Assembly (NCBI GenBank): GCA_964016885.1
Contig: OZ024747.1
Span: 2,170,001-2,234,000, forward strand
Length of the DNA: 64,000 nucleotides
DNA from: Eledone cirrhosa
Lineage: Eukaryota
Reading direction: 5' to 3'
Numbering within the stretch: the stretch's first letter is position 1; each line of letters begins with the position of its first letter. The notes under the pieces are model-generated. The model saw only the letters and a list, made by a program, of their open reading frames with translations. It did no database searches and was not told the origin of the DNA. The translations under genes and the position numbers were made by a program. Positions 57,265-64,000 of the stretch are shown here, piece after piece.

Positions 57265-60200
57265 GTGGATGGTAAATATAGCACTATGTACAAAAAACAT
57301 ATAGATTATCATACACACAAACACATATGCCTATGTCTATTGCAATATGTAAAAAATGATAGTGTAAATGATGTTATGAATAAAATCACAAAAAAAATAT
57401 TCACTTAAATTTAAAACAATCACAACAACAACAACATGTACAAGAACAGCAAAATACAAAACAACAATATATAGATCAACAACAACAAAATGTAGTTAAA
57501 AGTCAACAATATGTACAACAACAGCAATAACAGATTGACTCTGTTTCTGCCCTGAAGTTTCTAAAACAAACATCTTCAATTTATTATCTCTATACATCCA
57601 GTGTATATTTTTATGAATTTATTTATGTATGCTTCTTTTTTTTGTATTTTTTTTTCTAAAAATCATTTCACACACTTTCATTTACTTACATTCTTGTGTT
57701 TTTTTGTTTGTTTGCTGGCTTTTAGATGGGGTGGGAGGGTTGTCTATTGTCATTCGCAAACATTAAGTAAGATTTTGTAAAGTTCGGTGAATATTTCCAA
57801 TATATGACAATCACAGACAATATGGAAATAGGTTCTTCAGGCTATAGATGTTGCTGTTTGGACAGGGATTCTTTTATTTCTTGTTCTAGCGAAAGAAAAA
57901 ATATATGGAAAACAAAATAAAAAAATAAAATAAAAATAAAACTGTTAGCATATAAATATATCTTAGTTTAGCTATTATTATTATTATTGCTGTTGTTGCT
58001 GTTATTGTTATTATTGTTAATGTTTATTCATTCATAGGAAAAGATATTTGTATAAAGTCAATATCTTTCACAAACATTTGTGAAGGAAGTGAAAATAATT
58101 CAATACACACCCTAATATACATTACACACTTGTAAATATATATATATATATATAATATATTTATAATATATATATATTATATATATTATGTTATATATTG
58201 TGTGTTGATACACACATTTTTGCAGAAAATGTACTTTAGAATTTTAACTTGATAAATCGAAATATTAAAATAGAGGATATTAAAAACTTTAAAAGCAATA
58301 TCCGTTGGTTGAAGAACAAAAAAGAAATCTAAATGAAAATATTAAGTTTTTGTGTATATCATAGAAAAAACCCTGAGTATATACACACACTATACATGTG
58401 TACATATGTGTGTGTATGAGTCTGTGGAGTTGGTATATTCCTTTGTTGCTACTCTGAGTTTCATATAGTCTACTCTCCTTCAGGTAATGTTTTCTTTATT
58501 AATGATTGGGCAAGGTAGAGGCAGTGTACCATAAACAATTAGACTTTGTATTGTGTATAATTTCTCTTGTCTGTAAAACAAGAGAAATTATATACATATA
58601 TTACACACACACAGACAAACACACACTCACACACCTTATTATTACCATTATTTTATATTTGTTTTTCTTTGTCAACATGTGTTGGAGAGTTCCTTGACTT
58701 AATCTGCTCATATTCAGAGTTACTGCTCTTCTAGATGTGTTAGAAAACATTGAAATTTTAGCAGCTTTCCTACAGCCAACCACATTACAGAGTTTACTGG
58801 ATATATTTTATTATGGTACAAGCTCTAGAGCGTTGTCTTATCCATGGCACGACTAAAGGATCTGCTCTTTCCTACATTATCACCATTTGCTAACAGGGAA
58901 AATGTATGTTAAATGATGATGATGATATATATGTATACATCCATGCATATGCATGTGTGTGTGTGCATATGTAAATATTTTCTAGTATCCCAACTGTTAA
59001 AATATCATGAGAGGTAACTAAAACTATATAAAATATATGTTACATCTATTCACATAATCAACAAGACTTGAAGAGTTTGAAATTAACTCATTTATATAGA
59101 AAGACTCATGACATATGTAAAGTAAACTGCAAAGTACTTTAAACAAAGACAAATGTAAGTTTAGCACAAAAAGTCTCTAGGGAAGGATTCTCAACATCAA
59201 AATACATTACGATTTCTGATATAAAATCTAAATCAAGGAATTGGATCTATCTATCTAGTAATATATATAAAGTGGTATAGTTGGCATGAAACATTGTGAA
59301 ATATATAATAAATGACTAAGTTTCAGAAAGCTGGCACAGTGTGGTAGAAATATATAAAAGGCAAAGGAACAAAATAATGTTTTTATCCAGTATATTTTAA
59401 CGTGATATTTCAGGGCTATTACACTCTTTTCAAATGTAAAAATGAAATTGGTTCAAACCAAACGAACAATTGATGTGTTCTTCCCTAACTGGTGACTGTC
59501 AACACACATGAGAAATGCCAAAACTCAAACTTGACCTTAATAAATAATAGCTTAATCTTGGCTATGCTATTGAATGCTCATTCCCATGAGCATCAATACT
59601 AAGAATATATATATATATACATTGTTTTACTTTACTCTTGTTCAGGTAATCATGATGTCACACTGGTTAAATGAAAAAGTTGTTAATCTTGTTATGTAAA
59701 GCGGAATAATATTTATTGAAAGTTGAAACTGCAAGAAACACTGTCATTGGTTGTGAACAGAAGATGAGATACTCTGAGTTGTGACTCACCCAGAATCAGA
59801 TCTAAATAATGATACACACAAACCGAGGCAAGCAGGGGAAAACATCCTTAAAGCAGTAATGATCATGATATATTTACATATACATACTTACATACATACA
59901 TATACATATATATGTGTGTGCGTGTGTGTTTATATATAAACATACATAAACACACACACATATACATATATTTATAAACCATGATCAAATATTTAAAGTA
60001 TGAACACAACAAAGAATATATTTCATAGTTTGTAAAAACGATTCTACAAACCAACAATATCAGTAAAATAGAATATATTTTTTTATCAAAGAAAGAGAGA
60101 AAAAGTTTATAATAGAGTGGGAATAAGACATTGTAGAACACATGAAACGGTTTCTTTTGAACCAAAATTGAATTTAATGTGTTTTTGTTTTTGTCTGTTT

Positions 60201-60378
60201 TTATTTTTTTTATTTTGTCTCCATTTTTGCTAAGATATCTATTTGCTAACATCTGCTTGAATATAAAGTGCAAGAGAATATTTTAATATCATTTATAAGC
60301 ACTCCACTGAGAGAGTTCTTATATATACATATATAGGCATCTAACAGTTTGTATATATATAATTCAATACATACAAAC

Positions 60379-60411
<33 letters not shown>

Positions 60412-60472
60412 GCTTACAATGATAAATAAAACCAAAACGGTTAAATATATATCTATTCTATATGTATATAGA

Positions 60473-60511
<39 letters not shown>

Positions 60512-60637
60512 CTGTATATATGTATATATATGTGTGTGTGTATATATATGTATATATAGGTGTATATATATATGTATATATATAGGTATATATATATATA
60601 TTTATATATGTATGTATATATATATATGTATATATAT

Positions 60638-60685
<48 letters not shown>

Positions 60686-60702
60686 GTATGTATATATATA
60701 TG

Positions 60703-60754
<52 letters not shown>

Positions 60755-60919
60755 TATATCCACATATAGTTAGATAGAGATTAATATGCATATTATTTCT
60801 CTCTCTCTACACACACAAACACACACACATATATATATATACAGTACAATATCATATAGGTCCCCTTGCTGTGTGCAAAGAAAAGTCTGTGATAGTAATT
60901 CTGTCTCCCTTCAATGGGA

Positions 60920-61183
60920 ACCATAATCTGCCAATCATTGGCTGAAGCAGTTAATACAGATAACATCTCCCTCATTCAAATTACACAACTCTCTTTTCAC
61001 TCTTTCAATCATTTCATATCTCTTTCTCTTCTCACTCTCTCTCTTTCTTACCATTCCTACTCCTCAACCAACAACAGATTGTGCTACATAAACCTGCCAG
61101 CATACAACAGCAGCAGTTACCTTACAACTCTACAGCAGGATACACTTCTGAAATGATACACAAGCTAAGATCGGGCTTCGTTG
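60920..61183 (+). promoter_or_regulatory. Candidate promoter and non-coding first exon of a downstream gene
   Basis: CCAATCATTGG (opposed CCAAT boxes) at about 60931, then a CT-rich tract and unique sequence ending in a strong donor TTG|GTAAGT at 61183/61184. No transcript evidence. Confidence 0.35.
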
Positions 61184-61458
61184 GTAAGTATGTTTTCTAT
61201 TTTTTTTGTTTGTTTTGATATTAACTAATACTTTTTAGTAAAGGAAAGAAAATGAATATAGACTATTAAAAAACAGGAAACTGTAGAGATTATGCATTGT
61301 TATTAAATATTTTGGTTAATTAGAGTAAAAAATAATGATTTAAAATATTCTAAACATTGATGTTTGTTGATGTACAGAAAAGTGGAAAAGTAAATTCTGT
61401 ACTTTCTTTGTAATTTTATCCCCAACTCCTGAATGGTACACCCCTCCCTCCCACTCTC

Positions 61459-61504
<46 letters not shown>

Positions 61505-61767
61505 GAGAGAGAGAGATAGATAGATAGATACATACATATATAAATACATACTTACATACATACATATACATGTATACATTTATTTTTATCTGTTTTCACT
61601 AAGTTTGAATTATTTAGTAAAGAACCAGAATAAATTTGATAAATACCACATTATATACATTGTGTACTATATATATAACTTTTTATGTTGCTATACATAG
61701 TTGACATAGAATTAATTTTGTTTTCAGAATTAGATTTTGCAGAAAAAACTTTTGAAATATTTAAAAG

Positions 61768-61825
<58 letters not shown>

Positions 61826-61841
61826 GTGCATGTATATATTT

Positions 61842-61879
<38 letters not shown>

Positions 61880-62842
61880 TCTCCTCAGGCAATATATTCA
61901 CATTCATATTTTTCCCCTTTTTCCTACAAAGCTTTGAAGTCCATCATACCATGTAGAGGCAGGGGTTTCTACAGTATGAAACTTTCTCTTTGAAATTAGA
62001 GAATTTTTATTCGATAATCTCTACAATTTATATCCTATAGCTTGAATTCACATCAAGATGATCAAGTTAAGGTTTCATATAATCTCTTTTCTCTTACTTT
62101 AGGAGTATCTTATTTTATTTTATTTTTTTACATTACTCTTTCGTTTTTCTCCTGTGTCAATTTTTTTTTACATACAATAATTATATCCAAGTTATCTTCA
62201 AAACTTACCGAAGCCACAAAAATATTTTCCTCTCGAAGCAATTTTTTGTTATAGATCCAGCTTAAAAGAGGCAGATAATTTAATAAAACTTTTTTTTTAT
62301 ATAAATCTTTACTTAAAGTTTTCCGCTAGTTTTTATCTGTTACATATTTTTAGTTGTCACTGTTTGCTTTATTTAACAACTTTTTAGTGCTGTGACCTTA
62401 TCAAGCATTTCTATATTACTTCTAAAACTCAATTCATTTTGTTCACACATGTTTATTCCATAGGAACTCCATAAATTACAATTCTATTCTATTTAACTTC
62501 TAAATATGCACAATTGTATGTGAATATATTTACTAATGTTCTTCATTTTTAGAAACTTCATTAGGATTTCAATTTTTACATAGTTTATATGTAAATATAC
62601 AAGTGAACTCACCTCAGACTTGGAGAAATTTCTCTTAAATTTATTATGATACAAATAGCTGCTACCCATCATTAAATAATGACTTTTAAGCATTTCATTA
62701 ATGAATTGATTAAGTTTTATATTATCCAATATTTTATATTATCCAGTTGTTTATTTATTTTACTTTAATTTAACTTATATTTATATGTTTTATAGTATTT
62801 CTTCATGATAGTAAATTATAGATAGATACATATATACATACT

Positions 62843-62903
<61 letters not shown>

Positions 62904-63304
62904 GCATACATACACACATATACATATAGATACATACATATACATGCACACGCACATATATACATACATATATATATATACACACACATACATATATGTA
63001 CATACATATGCCTATTTCCATACACATACATACATATAAATACATATATACATGCATATATAATCTTGAATGACAGTTTGAGTAGTAGAGATTATCTAAC
63101 AACATTTATTTCAATTAATTCTTCACTGAGAGTATAAGAATGTTCTTCCAAACCCATCTAAACAGAGCTCAACAAATGCCAAACCTTAACTACACATTTA
63201 TATCATGGGCTCACTATATTCACCATCCTAATGATCACACTCTTAACTTTACTGTTAGCAGAAGTCTAGAATCTTTCAATAATATTCCTTCCTGCCATAT
63301 ATAT

Positions 63305-63705
63305 GGCACCACAGTCTGTCATGTCATTAGACTGTGGCCATACTGGGGCACCACAGTCTGTCATGTCTTTTACTAGTTTCAGTCATTAGACTGTGGCCAT
63401 ACTGGGGCACCACAGTCTGTCATGTCTTTTACTAGTTTCAGTCATTAGACTGTGGCCATACTGGGGCACCACAGTCTTTCATGTCTTTTACTGGTTTCTG
63501 TCATTAGACTGTGGCCATACTGGGGCACCACAGTCTGTCATGTCTTTTACTGGTTTCAGTCATTAGACTGTGGCCATACTGGGGCACCACAGTCTGTCAT
63601 GTCTTTTACTGGTTTCTGTCATTAGACTGTGGCCATACTGGGGCACCACAGTCTGTCATGTCTTTTACTAGTTTCAGTCATTAGACTGTGGCCATACTGG
63701 GGCCC
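63305..63705. repeat. 59-bp minisatellite, about 6.5 copies, each with a 9-bp hairpin stem
   Basis: Unit GTCATTAGACTGTGGCCATACTGGGGCACCACAGTCTGTCATGTCTTTTACTAGTTTCA; stem AGACTGTGG/CCACAGTCT. Confidence 0.9.
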
Positions 63706-63769
63706 CATGATTTCATGTAGCCAGAACTGTTTGATACATATAAATGATACACTCACACACACACACACG

Positions 63770-63824
<55 letters not shown>

Positions 63825-64000
63825 CAGGATGGATTCAATTTGAAACTAGTTAGACCATTATTCAACAGAGTACTCAATACTCGGGGTAGTAGAGTATGGT
63901 TAGAGTATAAATAGTTGGGACCTGATGGCTGAGCTGGAACTAGCTGTTGAAACAGCAAGAGCTCAGCCATTGGGCCTCACCTCTTAATGATAATAATATA

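Noticed and set aside
57785-57836. Possible pre-miRNA hairpin
   Set aside because: The stem is short and AT-rich with a large loop, as expected by chance.

Overview
AT-rich, microsatellite-dense eukaryotic DNA. The gene and repeat content suggest a coleoid cephalopod, most likely Octopus (inference). There is one host gene, a + strand protocadherin. Its large exon (CDS 12320-14737) encodes a signal peptide, six cadherin repeats and a transmembrane helix. Two cytoplasmic exons follow: 20967-21120, which the ORF track misses, and 38472-38800. Splice phases fit and give about 966 aa. A possible non-coding first exon of a downstream gene ends at 61183. The rest is repeats: RTE LINEs (one near full-length), CR1-like fragments, two tRNA-derived SINE families, MITEs and minisatellites. 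Nearly all other ORF-track entries are microsatellite artefacts. The most notable hidden signal is more than a dozen short non-coding elements in or beside (TA)n tracts, often folded back on themselves. They carry type I hammerhead ribozyme motifs from several sequence families, including unusual core variants (U3-A8 covariation, CAGANGA, U10.1.U11.1) and palindromic loop III. They are best read as Penelope-like, retrozyme-style mini-elements spread through the protocadherin introns and 3' flank. All structures were paired by eye; no folding or database search was run.
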